This document shows positions 30,789-39,003 of a stretch of 48,041 nt of DNA, piece after piece; positions within the stretch are counted from its first letter, which is position 1; each line of letters opens with the position of its first letter. The stretch is from IMG/VR virus record IMGVR_UViG_3300037483_000592. The stretch is one strand, 5' to 3'. Made by a program: the position numbers and the translations under genes. This stretch comes from a virus. Under the pieces are notes generated by a model that made no database searches, was not told the DNA's origin, and saw nothing but the letters and a program-made list of their open reading frames with translations.

Positions 30789-32479
30789 TTGAACAGCTCC
30801 TCGCTTGCTTTCAGCTCGGCGCGGCCTTCGACCAGCTCCAGCGTCCGCAGCCGGCCCAGCGCGTTCTGGAAACCACCGCCGGAGGGCTCATACCCCGTGG
30901 CGGCCCCGAGGTCCTCCTTCGTCGCCGCGGTTGGGTAGATCTCCGCCAGGCGGGAGAGGATCAACCGCTCCGCCTTCCCCAGCTGCCGCAGCCAATGTTC
31001 GAGCAGCTCGCGGCCGGAGGGCAGCGGATCGTAGGCGCCCAGGGCCGCCAGGCCGGCCTCGGTGATGCTCAGGAGGTCCCGGCCCTCGATGCAGCCCTTG
31101 CTGCGGAGGGCCCCCAGGTAATTCTGGAAGGCCCCGCCCGTGACGGCATACGCCGTGAGGATCGCTATCTGGCGTTTGGTGCGGCCCTGCGGGTACTGCG
31201 CCAGGGCGGTCAGGATCTTGCGCTCGCCGCCGGAAACGCGGCCATCGACTACTACCGGTCGAGAAACCGACCGCCGGGGGACAATCTGCGGCGTGACCCG
31301 CACCGCGGCCGCGGGCTTCTGCTCGGCGCCCAGGACCTGGTCCAGGGCCTGCAGCGCCAGGTTGACCTCCTTGCTGATGTCAACGAGCCGCCCCCGCAGC
31401 AGCAGCAGGCCAGGCCCCATAATCTTCTTTTCCTCTGCAGCTCCGGCCGCGCGGCCTTCTTCTCGAGCTCGCTGCAGGGCAGCCGGATCTACCGGGCCGC
31501 CGCGCTTCCGCAGCTCCGCGTCGAGGCAGGCGATCCGCTTCCGGAGCTCCCGGGGATCCTCGACCTTGGCGCGCTCGATGGTGGCGGCCAAGTCCTTTCG
31601 CAGCTTTTCCAGGTCGACCGCGGCGCTGGCCGTGGGGGCCAGGGGGCGCTCGCCGACCTTCGGGGTGGCGCTGGAGTCGAACGTCTTGCGCTCCCGGATC
31701 TGCACGCGCTTGAACAGATCTAGCCATCCGGGGCTCCAGACCCAGGCCTCGCCGATCCCCAGGCTGGCCAGGCTGTCCATGAACTCCTGCCGCTGGTCGT
31801 GCGCGTCGTGGGCCTCGACCCAGGCCTCCAGGGCCTTGCGATCCTGGGGGCTGATGGTGCGCAGGCAAATGAGGACCTCGATTTGCGTGAGGACGTCCTT
31901 GTTGACCACGGCCGCCCGCTGGCTGATCAGGGTAACGCCGATCCCGGAGGCCCGACCGCGGCGCACCAGGCGGTCGACCGAGCCGAACATGCGCTCCTGG
32001 CCGGCCTGGATCCTCTGCGGGACGAACTCGTCGGCCTCATCGATCACCACCTGCAGCGGTTGCCGGTATCGGTCCTGGCCCTTGCGGTGGTAGAGCCGCT
32101 CGCAGAAGTCCGTCACCAGGCGGCGCTGATCAGCCATCGAGAAATGCCGCATAGAGAGGATGATCGGCGCCCGGTTCTCCACGACGAAGTCCGCGACGAT
32201 CGCTCCGGAGCTCGCTTCCAGGGGCAGATCCCCATGCTCACCGCCCAGGACCGTGATCGGGAAGCCTGGCGTCTTGCCGTCGATCGAGGAGCGCAGGCCA
32301 AACCACACATCCAGGGGATCCAGGATCACTACCTGCTGGCCGGCGGCGAGCAGCTCCTCGGTGAGGACAACGGCCGTATGCGTCTTGCCGGCTCCGCGCT
32401 TGGCCAGGATCGCCGCGGTCTGCGTCACCATTTCGACAGGCAACGTCAGGCCGCGAGCAAGGTGCAATCCATCTTTCAT
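30785..32479 (-). CDS. HerA/FtsK-like P-loop ATPase with two C-terminal winged-helix repeats
   Basis: The protein is 564 aa from ATG 32479, with an ATGA overlap with the ParB-like gene. It has Walker A (KRGAGKTHT), Walker B (VVIDEADEF) and GIGVTLISQR. There are two wHTH-like repeats near the C-terminus. Confidence 0.75.
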   Translation of the reverse strand: MKDGLHLARGLTLPVEMVTQTAAILAKRGAGKTHTAVVLTEELLAAGQQVVILDPLDVWFGLRSSIDGKTPGFPITVLGGEHGDLPLEASSGAIVADFVVENRAPIILSMRHFSMADQRRLVTDFCERLYHRKGQDRYRQPLQVVIDEADEFVPQRIQAGQERMFGSVDRLVRRGRASGIGVTLISQRAAVVNKDVLTQIEVLICLRTISPQDRKALEAWVEAHDAHDQRQEFMDSLASLGIGEAWVWSPGWLDLFKRVQIRERKTFDSSATPKVGERPLAPTASAAVDLEKLRKDLAATIERAKVEDPRELRKRIACLDAELRKRGGPVDPAALQRAREEGRAAGAAEEKKIMGPGLLLLRGRLVDISKEVNLALQALDQVLGAEQKPAAAVRVTPQIVPRRSVSRPVVVDGRVSGGERKILTALAQYPQGRTKRQIAILTAYAVTGGAFQNYLGALRSKGCIEGRDLLSITEAGLAALGAYDPLPSGRELLEHWLRQLGKAERLILSRLAEIYPTAATKEDLGAATGYEPSGGGFQNALGRLRTLELVEGRAELKASEELFN

Positions 32480-33165
32480 CCGGTGCTCTCTTTCGGCATG
32501 GCTCGCAGGTAGCGCAGCACGGCCGCCTTGGCCTCCTTGCTCGAGCAAACGACGATAATATTGGGCCCTCGCGTGATGAAGATCTCGAAGCCTTCGCAGG
32601 GCACCCGCTCTCCGCGGTGGTAAGTGCCTTTCCTCTTCTTGACCTTACTCTCCTGGAGCTTCGCCTTGAGATCCTGCAGCTCCACGCCAGTGAGGGCCTC
32701 GAGGTACTGCTTCTTGAATCCCTGCGTGGCCAGCCATTGATAGGTACTCGCCATGCTGCGGTGGTAGCTCAGATAGCCCGGCCGCTTGCCGAGCATCGTA
32801 TCGAGCGCGCGGTCGGTCAGAGCAGGATTGCGCTTCTTGATTTCCTCCGCGGCCGCGAGGATCTCATCGGTGGAGAGCTGCTTGCGCACCATGTTCTCCT
32901 GCAGCTTGATCAGCGGAATGTCGCGCTCGGCGATGTCGTCTAGGATCCGTGCCGCAATGCAATAGTCCCCATTCATCTGAGCGACCCGGAAGCGCCGATG
33001 CCCCCAGACCAGCTCGTAGCGCTCCCCGCGGGGGTAGATCCCGATCGGCTGCAGCTGGGTGAAGCGCTGCGTACTACCGATAAGCTCGCCGAGCTCCTCA
33101 TCGATCTCGAAGCGGACATTCTTGACGATAAAGATCTTGTCGAGGGGCACGTCGCGGACTTTCAT
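32476..33165 (-). CDS. ParB-like N-terminal domain protein
   Basis: The protein is 229 aa and contains LQPIGIYPRGERYELVWGHRRFRVAQMNG, the ParB/Srx GxRR motif. Confidence 0.75.
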   Translation of the reverse strand: MKVRDVPLDKIFIVKNVRFEIDEELGELIGSTQRFTQLQPIGIYPRGERYELVWGHRRFRVAQMNGDYCIAARILDDIAERDIPLIKLQENMVRKQLSTDEILAAAEEIKKRNPALTDRALDTMLGKRPGYLSYHRSMASTYQWLATQGFKKQYLEALTGVELQDLKAKLQESKVKKRKGTYHRGERVPCEGFEIFITRGPNIIVVCSSKEAKAAVLRYLRAMPKESTG

Positions 33166-33515
33166 TCTGGCTTCTCCACCGGAGCGCGTACGTGCTCGTC
33201 CACCAGGTGCGGCCGCCCTGTAACGCGCCCGCGGCGCAGGTAGTGCTTGACCGGGACCACAACCTGGTCCGCGCGCTTCCGGATCTCCCGGAGGCTGCTT
33301 GCCAGTACGACCGCCTCGTTGACCGCGAGCAGCTGCTGGAGCTCCGCCGGAGACGCCCCCAGCTCGCGCAGGCGCTTGAGCTTGCGCCGCATGGACTGCA
33401 CTGCTGATTTCGTGCGGTGGACAAGGCCGCAGGCGATGCCTTCAGCTGGGATGCCTATGCCGTCCAGGCGCAAGAACTCGCTGATCTCCTTCGGTGTCCA
33501 GGCGGGTCCGCTCAT
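33162..33515 (-). CDS. GcrA-like/Myb-like HTH protein
   Basis: AWTPKEISEFLRLDGIGIPAEGIACGLVHRTKSAVQSMRRKL resembles the GcrA N-terminal W-T-x-E...IA..L..RT.NAV pattern. Confidence 0.45.
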   Translation of the reverse strand: MSGPAWTPKEISEFLRLDGIGIPAEGIACGLVHRTKSAVQSMRRKLKRLRELGASPAELQQLLAVNEAVVLASSLREIRKRADQVVVPVKHYLRRGRVTGRPHLVDEHVRAPVEKPE

Positions 33516-33775
33516 TCCTGCCCCACCCGCGGCCCCGTCAAAGCGAAGCCCGCGAAGCTCCCGGCGGCATCGAGCAGGATTTGGTCCAGGAGTCCATCCG
33601 AGTCGTAGTAAAACAGCAGCCGGTCGGCCGGCAGGTGTCCGCTCAGGTGGAGCTCCGCGATCACGCCCTCGGCGTCGTTCGTGACGGAAGGATGCTGGTC
33701 CCAGGGCCCGACGTCCCGGATCACCAGCGGCTTGCCTGCCTGGTCCTCGACAATTTCATAGCGAGCTCTGTTCAT
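33512..33775 (-). CDS. Hypothetical protein
   Basis: This is an 87-aa ORF with ATGA-type coupling. Confidence 0.6.
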   Translation of the reverse strand: MNRARYEIVEDQAGKPLVIRDVGPWDQHPSVTNDAEGVIAELHLSGHLPADRLLFYYDSDGLLDQILLDAAGSFAGFALTGPRVGQE

Positions 33776-34017
33776 GCCCGCTCCAGGGAATCCACTCGCG
33801 GCCAGAGCAGAAAAGTTCCGTGACCCTTCGCGCTGACCAGATAGGATTCATGATTCCGCGGGAGGCCGGTCGGCCGAAGCTTGTAGCCTCGCGGAATGCA
33901 ATCCTTCGGATGGCAGCCTGCCGGCACGACGGCGACAACTTCACCCACTTTTTTTGTGGTGTAGCCTTGCGATTGCGAGGTCCAGCGAACCTTGCTTCTT
34001 ACTTCGAACTTGTCCAT
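33772..34017 (-). CDS. Hypothetical protein
   Basis: This is an 81-aa ORF. Confidence 0.6.
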   Translation of the reverse strand: MDKFEVRSKVRWTSQSQGYTTKKVGEVVAVVPAGCHPKDCIPRGYKLRPTGLPRNHESYLVSAKGHGTFLLWPRVDSLERA

Positions 34018-34047
34018 GATCTGCTCCTTCGATTCGATTTCAGAGAA

Positions 34048-34074
34048 GCCGGCGCCCTTGCGGCTGGCGCCGGC
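34048..34074 (-). terminator. GC-rich hairpin in a 104-nt intergenic gap (attenuator/terminator candidate)
   Basis: GCCGGCGCC-n9-GGCGCCGGC forms a 9-bp perfect stem. The downstream U-tract on the minus strand is weak (TTCTCTG). Confidence 0.35.
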
Positions 34075-34121
34075 CCGGACCTGCCAGCTTCCTCTGCCCA
34101 GGTCCTAAACGCCTTGCAGGT

Positions 34122-34436
34122 TTACTTCATCGCACCTCCTTTCTCCCCTTCCCTTTCCGAGGGCTGCCGCGCCAACCAATCCGCCACGGAGACCCGAAGA
34201 TCCGTGACTGCCCGGAAGGCGGCCGCCTCCTTGGGTCCCCGCATCGGATGTTTGATTTGAGGAGCTTTGCGATTCTTCGCCAACCGACCGAGCGCGATCT
34301 GGCGCGCCAGCTTCTTGTTGAACCTGTCCCGCGGGCAGCACAGGCTGAAACCGAAACAGCCGAACTGGTCGACGGCCACGAAGCCGAAGGGCTGTCCCTT
34401 CTCGTCGCGCAGGTACTTCGAGAACACCTTCTCCAT
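34122..34436 (-). CDS. Hypothetical protein
   Basis: This is a 104-aa ORF. Confidence 0.6.
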   Translation of the reverse strand: MEKVFSKYLRDEKGQPFGFVAVDQFGCFGFSLCCPRDRFNKKLARQIALGRLAKNRKAPQIKHPMRGPKEAAAFRAVTDLRVSVADWLARQPSEREGEKGGAMK

Positions 34437-34440
34437 GATC

Positions 34441-34812
34441 CTATCTCCTTTCTCTATCCGAGCGCTCGGATAGCGCCCGGTCTTTGGGCTTCGGCATCCG
34501 CTTGTTCCTTGCCAAGTCCTCCAGCGTTTCCCGGATCTTCTTCATGCCGGCCGCGCGTTCCTCGTGGCACATGGGCGGCGCCCCCAACAGGCGCACCGCA
34601 GGCGGTTGACTGCCCAGCTCCCCCAGGAGCCTGCGGAGCTTGGCCGCGGGCGGCGGCCAGTGATCCTCGTGTTTCCGCAACAGCTCGACGTAGAGCCTCT
34701 CCAACTCCCGCTCATCGACTCGCTGCAGGAACGTCCCGACAGCCTCGCGCATCCCGGGCAGGTACTGGCCGAAGGTGCGCTCCATTTGGTGCATGAACTC
34801 TCGCGCCTTCAC
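34441..34812 (-). CDS. Hypothetical protein coupled to the replication initiator
   Basis: The protein is 123 aa. It has an ATGA overlap with the initiator gene. Confidence 0.6.
   Translation of the reverse strand: MKAREFMHQMERTFGQYLPGMREAVGTFLQRVDERELERLYVELLRKHEDHWPPPAAKLRRLLGELGSQPPAVRLLGAPPMCHEERAAGMKKIRETLEDLARNKRMPKPKDRALSERSDRERR
34455..34472. repeat. Palindrome TATCCGAGCGCTCGGATA (contains copy 2 of the 16-mer at 14658)
   Basis: This is an 18-bp perfect palindrome. It lies in the short gap between genes 34441..34812 and 34122..34436. Confidence 0.9.
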
Positions 34813-35591
34813 AACTTCAACCTCGCCAACAGCTCACGGTTTTCCTGGCCGGCCTGGTGGTCGGCGGTCCGTTTCCGAAGGTGCTCCATGACATCATCGA
34901 AGCGGGTATCCAGAGCGGACGGCGTCATGGGCGCGTCCTTCCAGTATTCCGCCTTGCTGGTTTCTTTCTTGTGCTTGTAAGCGGCGACCAGGGCCCGGAG
35001 GAAAGCCCGCGGCTCCTGGCCGTTGGAAATGCGCTTGATCTTCTCGGCCAAACGACCGGCGGCCTTCTGCTCCCTCGGGTAGTTGCTGAACTCCTGCTCG
35101 TTGACCAGCTCCAGGCCCAGCAGAATCATGCGCTGAAGGTTGCTGGCCGCCGCCGCGGCCTCGAAGCCCTTCTCCAGCTCTGCCCGCTTCATTTCCGGTG
35201 ATTTCACCAAGGCCGGCGCAGCCGGCTCTTGCCCTTCATTGGGTTGCCCTTCATTGGGTTGCCCTTCGTGTCCGCTGGGCGGACTTCTGTTATCCGCTGG
35301 ACGGACTTCAGAAGTCCGTGGGGCGGACATCAGAATATAGGCGTTGCTTCGGCCGGTGCGTTGATATTCAAGCCAGCCAGCGGCCTGCAGGTCTTTGATC
35401 GCTTGGACGACGCTCATCTTGCCGCAGCCCCCAAGCTTCTGAATCCTCTTGTACGCCGGAAAGCAGCTGCCCGATTTGTCGGCATGCCTGGCCAGGACGA
35501 CATAGACCGTCTTGGCGTAAGGCGTCAGCTCGGAATCTATCAAGGCGTCTGGCACCACGAAGAAGTTGAAATCCCTTTGAATGCTCGCCAT
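34809..35591 (-). CDS. Replication initiator-like protein (N-terminal winged-helix HTH, low-complexity linker, C-terminal helical domain)
   Basis: FFVVPDALIDSELTPYAKTVYVVLARHADKSGSCFPAYKRIQKLGGCGKMSVVQAIKDLQAAGWL is the typical phage replication/DnaD-like HTH N-terminus. Confidence 0.65.
   Translation of the reverse strand: MASIQRDFNFFVVPDALIDSELTPYAKTVYVVLARHADKSGSCFPAYKRIQKLGGCGKMSVVQAIKDLQAAGWLEYQRTGRSNAYILMSAPRTSEVRPADNRSPPSGHEGQPNEGQPNEGQEPAAPALVKSPEMKRAELEKGFEAAAAASNLQRMILLGLELVNEQEFSNYPREQKAAGRLAEKIKRISNGQEPRAFLRALVAAYKHKKETSKAEYWKDAPMTPSALDTRFDDVMEHLRKRTADHQAGQENRELLARLKL
35229..35267. repeat. 15-nt tandem repeat, 2.6 copies (TTGCCCTTCATTGGG); encodes GQPNE repeats
   Basis: The copies lie at 35229-35243, 35244-35258 and 35259-35267 (partial). 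Confidence 0.95.
35271..35331. promoter_or_regulatory. Three 17-nt iteron-like direct repeats at 22-bp spacing; candidate replication origin inside the initiator gene
   Basis: The repeats are TCCGCTGGGCGGACTTC (35271), TCCGCTGGACGGACTTC (35293) and TCCGTGGGGCGGACATC (35315). The segment also holds the palindrome GGACTTCAGAAGTCC and is followed by an AT-richer patch. Confidence 0.5.
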
Positions 35592-35635
35592 CGATCAGTG
35601 ACCTCTCTTCAAAATGCCCTGTAGCGCGATTCTTC

Positions 35636-35649
35636 GCGTAACGTTACGC
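35636..35649. promoter_or_regulatory. 14-bp perfect palindrome GCGTAACGTTACGC (operator candidate)
   Basis: It lies in the 68-nt gap between the small RHH gene (35660..35860) and the replication initiator start (35591). Confidence 0.4.
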
Positions 35650-35659
35650 ATGCTGCCGC

Positions 35660-35860
35660 CTATGCCGTGGAACCGGATGTCGGCGTCCGCGCGGCCCTCC
35701 TGGAGCGATTTCCGGCGGTATTGGCTTTCCGGTCCCGCAGGTACTTATAGACGCACCAGCGCGCGAACTGGGAAAGCGTAAGGCCCCGACTTCGCGCCAA
35801 TGCTTCCAGCTCCTTTTTCTCATCTTCCGTGGAAAAGCTGAATTGCACTTCCCGGCTCAT
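35660..35860 (-). CDS. Ribbon-helix-helix (CopG/Arc-like) DNA-binding protein
   Basis: The protein is 66 aa from ATG 35860. It has a beta strand (VQFSFS) followed by helices (EDEKKELEALARSRGLTLSQFARWCVYKYL). Confidence 0.55.
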   Translation of the reverse strand: MSREVQFSFSTEDEKKELEALARSRGLTLSQFARWCVYKYLRDRKANTAGNRSRRAARTPTSGSTA

Positions 35861-35999
35861 GGCGTCCCTGCGGGCAAAAGACGCGCCGGGCGGGAGGGCC
35901 ACCCGGCGCAGAAAACCATTCCGCAGGAAGGGGTGTCTGACGTCGCCAACCTGCTTACTCTCATTGTCTCATACCACCCCGGGGGGAATGCAAGAGAAA

Positions 36000-36182
36000 T
36001 CATTCCGACTTCCGCCTCTCCCGGCCCGGCTCCCAGCGCTGCACGGAAACGATGTGAACCTTCAACCCGTAGCCGTCGCGGAGGACTGCCCGGGCTTTCT
36101 TCCGTGCATCGGCGGCGGTTCTTGTGTCCATATCGATCGTGCCCTCGGAGCGCTTCGTCCTCCAGGTGCAGACGTAGATCAT
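36000..36182 (-). CDS. Hypothetical protein
   Basis: This is a 60-aa ORF. Confidence 0.5.
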   Translation of the reverse strand: MIYVCTWRTKRSEGTIDMDTRTAADARKKARAVLRDGYGLKVHIVSVQRWEPGRERRKSE

Positions 36183-36185
36183 GGG

Positions 36186-36344
36186 TTAAACCTTTTTCCT
36201 TGCAAGATACCTGATACAGGGATTTGCCATTTGCTTATGGTCAATCCATTTTTCTGCCCTGTCCTCTTCTTCTGCGCTTTCGGGTAGGTGTTTGCATTTC
36301 ATGCACTGCTTCCGATTCTTTTCGATGCCCATGCAGTATTCCAT
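36186..36344 (-). CDS. Small Cys-containing protein (52 aa) in a low-GC patch
   Basis: ATG 36344 has a strong SD (AAGGAGG). The sequence is MEYCMGIEKNRKQCMKCKH... Confidence 0.5.
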   Translation of the reverse strand: MEYCMGIEKNRKQCMKCKHLPESAEEEDRAEKWIDHKQMANPCIRYLARKKV

Positions 36345-36354
36345 CGAGACCTCC

Positions 36355-37542
36355 TTAGAAATCCGCCGGCAGATCAAAGCTGCCGTCCTTGCGATAAGAA
36401 GGAGCCGGCGGGTCTACCGCGGTAGGCCCCGGCGAGGGCTTTCCCGCGGCTTCGGTGGCCGGCTCCATTTTCTTCTGTGGTTCATCGAACAGGCCCGGCT
36501 GCACCGGCTCGGCTGCCGGCGCCGGAGGCTGTTCCTTCTCGACCCTCTTCTGCAGGCCCTTGAGCTTGGATAGCATGCGCTCCTTGGCGGGATCCTCCGC
36601 GGCCTCGGCCAGCTCTCCGACGATCTCCCCCTCGAATACCCGCGTCACGATCTCGGCGGCCTGAGCAGCGGGAACAGCCTCATCAGCAGGCGGCCGAATG
36701 ACCGGCGCCGAGGACACCGGGCCCGGGAGCGCATCAGGGACAGCAAGCGGCTTCTTACCGGCTCGCTCACGCGCTCGGTCCACCTTGGGCCGGAGGTGAG
36801 CGTAGAGGATGAGCAGGTCCTCCCAGCCATTGGCGTGTTGCGTGCAGATATGGCACTTGGAGCAGAGGATAAGCCAGACCCAATCATCGCGGGCCCCGGT
36901 CCTGCCCCCGGCACCGACGCTGACAATATGCGATAGCTCTCCGCCATGCGCTTGATCTCCGCCTTCGACGGTATGTAGTAGAAACCGCCCGCATGCTTCG
37001 CAGCACGGATGCTTCTCCTTGTAGTCCTCCGGTCCATAGTAGGTTCCCTCCAGCGGGTCGGTTTCCTGGCGGAAGCGCCATTCAGTGAACAGGATCCAGA
37101 TGTCCCGGATGTCCACCGCGGGGACGTGCGTCTGGCACTCGATCACCAGCTGTTGAATGACCCGGGCAAACTCCACGGTCGTTAGATCGCCGCTCGGACG
37201 CGAAACGAAAATGCCCTTGTACTCGTCCCGCGGCAGCTCGACCAGCTCCTTGATCGCGTAGTAGACGACTTCCTTCTTGACCCCATCAGCCTGACCCAGC
37301 CGCGTGGCCAGCTCCCAAGCCAGGTTGTTGGCGTTCAGGCTGCGGCGGTTGTACCAGCGCTGGATCTGTACGTCGAAGGCGTGCTCGTATTCCGGTTCCT
37401 TCTCCTTGCGCTGCTTGATGAAGCGGTGTTCCTCGCGGAGGTAGGTGGTCAGTTCATCGACCAGCTCCTGCGCCTCCAGCATCAGAGTGCCGGGCAGGCC
37501 GCTGGAGATCTGCTTCATCTTGAGCCGGAGCTTCTCAATCAC
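36355..37542 (-). CDS. His-Me finger (HNH/DUF968-like) nuclease-domain protein with acidic-aromatic C-terminal tail
   Basis: GTG 37542 is preferred because of the SD GGAGGGG and a GTGA overlap with the upstream stop. The nuclease motif is CCEACGRF...ELSHIVSVGAGGRTG...LILCSKCHICTQHANGW. The protein ends in DGSFDLPADF. Confidence 0.5.
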   Translation of the reverse strand: MIEKLRLKMKQISSGLPGTLMLEAQELVDELTTYLREEHRFIKQRKEKEPEYEHAFDVQIQRWYNRRSLNANNLAWELATRLGQADGVKKEVVYYAIKELVELPRDEYKGIFVSRPSGDLTTVEFARVIQQLVIECQTHVPAVDIRDIWILFTEWRFRQETDPLEGTYYGPEDYKEKHPCCEACGRFLLHTVEGGDQAHGGELSHIVSVGAGGRTGARDDWVWLILCSKCHICTQHANGWEDLLILYAHLRPKVDRARERAGKKPLAVPDALPGPVSSAPVIRPPADEAVPAAQAAEIVTRVFEGEIVGELAEAAEDPAKERMLSKLKGLQKRVEKEQPPAPAAEPVQPGLFDEPQKKMEPATEAAGKPSPGPTAVDPPAPSYRKDGSFDLPADF

Positions 37543-37763
37543 GACACGCCCCTCCGGCCGAAGCAGAAGCGCAGCCACATGATGCTGCCGGTAACATGGC
37601 TCCGCCAGGGAAGCAGCCAGCAGCGGAAGCGTTTAGAGAAATGGTGCAGCGCAACGGGGCCGATGCAGAGCATCCTGTCCCCGTCGTTGAAAAGGTGAAT
37701 GGCGACGACTCCCGCCCTTCCGCCGAACTTGATCCAGCGATTCGTGTAGCCGACGCCTTTCAT
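37539..37763 (-). CDS. Hypothetical protein
   Basis: The protein is 74 aa from ATG 37763, with an ATGA overlap. Confidence 0.5.
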   Translation of the reverse strand: MKGVGYTNRWIKFGGRAGVVAIHLFNDGDRMLCIGPVALHHFSKRFRCWLLPWRSHVTGSIMWLRFCFGRRGVS

Positions 37764-38329
37764 TTCCTGCTCCTTCGCTGCCGCCAGTGGTGAAGGCTCT
37801 GGACCTGGTCCCAGCGGAAGGCGCACTCTTCGCGTTCTGCCTTTTGGAGCTCCACGACCTTGGCCATGGAGCCGTCTACCTTCAGGTACAGCAGCAGCTG
37901 CCGAGGGGGCTTGCCGTGAGTGCCGGCGTATCCAGCCATCTGCAGTTTGTCGGACAGGGCCGGTGCGCCGGTCTTGAGCTCAACCACCGCGAGCTGGCGC
38001 TCCCACATGGCTTCGCGATCCTCGATGCCGGCCCACAGCTTGCCCTTGTGGACGATGAACTCGATCCGGCGGATCCCCAGCTTGAGCAGGTCCCTGGCCT
38101 TCTCGTAGCTCAACACGTAGCCGCGGTATTCCTCCGGGATGCTCAGCCAGTCCAGGCGCTGCTGGTCAAGAAGGGCGGTGGCCTGGTGCACGATCTCCCC
38201 GCGGCGCCGGCCTTCCTCGGTGAAGAAGGTGGTGTCGATCCAGCCGCCGGCCTTCAAGATAGTGGTTACGGAAGGCACCGCCTCACCGTTGAGGGTGAAG
38301 CGGTGCTGGATGGGATCGAACTGGATCAC
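37760..38329 (-). CDS. PD-(D/E)XK (RecB/Cas4-like) nuclease
   Basis: The protein is 189 aa. It has NGEAVPSVTTILK near the N-terminus and the D...E-x-K core (GIEDRE...LAVVELKTG). Confidence 0.6.
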   Translation of the reverse strand: MIQFDPIQHRFTLNGEAVPSVTTILKAGGWIDTTFFTEEGRRRGEIVHQATALLDQQRLDWLSIPEEYRGYVLSYEKARDLLKLGIRRIEFIVHKGKLWAGIEDREAMWERQLAVVELKTGAPALSDKLQMAGYAGTHGKPPRQLLLYLKVDGSMAKVVELQKAEREECAFRWDQVQSLHHWRQRRSRK

Positions 38330-39003
38330 CGGCCGACCTTCACGGTCTTGTCGTTGTAGAACTCCAGGCCCGCCACGGCCATCTTCCCGCTGGTGGCCCG
38401 GGCGAACTTGTTGATCTCGCTCTCGTTCAGGCTGATGAAGCTGGGCGACGCTTTTCCCGCCACCACGGCGCGGAGCAGCTCGATCATGGCCTCGTCGGCC
38501 GGCTGCTTGAGCCGGCCCTTCCAGTTGTCGACGTATTGCACACCCTCCACGTGGGCGCGGTTCTCGCGCACGATGGGCATGCTGGCCTCGATCTTCTCCG
38601 CCTTTTCCTCGTTGCCGTCCTTGCGGGCTTCGGCGGCGGCCTCCTCGCGCTTCTTGGCCGCGGCAGCCTCCTGGTCCCGACGCTTCTTCTCCTCCAGCTG
38701 CTCCCAGCCGCGCATCCGCTGCTTGCCGATCGTTTCCGCGTCGGCAAAGGGCTTGGTGTTCTCGCGGATCTTCTGGTAGGTCGCCTCCAGGGCCTCGTAC
38801 TGCGGCGCCCGGATCGGCTCGAAGAAGTCCTTGACCGCCTGCTGGTAGCTCTTGCTCACCTTCACCAGCGAAACCATCTGTAGGTAGGCTTCGCTGCTGG
38901 TGATCTTGAGGGCCTCCACCTGCTCCTTGTACCTGGTCCCGGCCCTAGTGATCTGATTCTCGTCCTGGTACTGGACGACCTGCTTCGTCTCGACCGTGCT
39001 CAC
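38326..39003 (-). CDS. Coiled-coil hypothetical protein of the recombination module
   Basis: This is a 225-aa ORF with a highly charged central helix. Confidence 0.6.
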   Translation of the reverse strand: MSTVETKQVVQYQDENQITRAGTRYKEQVEALKITSSEAYLQMVSLVKVSKSYQQAVKDFFEPIRAPQYEALEATYQKIRENTKPFADAETIGKQRMRGWEQLEEKKRRDQEAAAAKKREEAAAEARKDGNEEKAEKIEASMPIVRENRAHVEGVQYVDNWKGRLKQPADEAMIELLRAVVAGKASPSFISLNESEINKFARATSGKMAVAGLEFYNDKTVKVGR

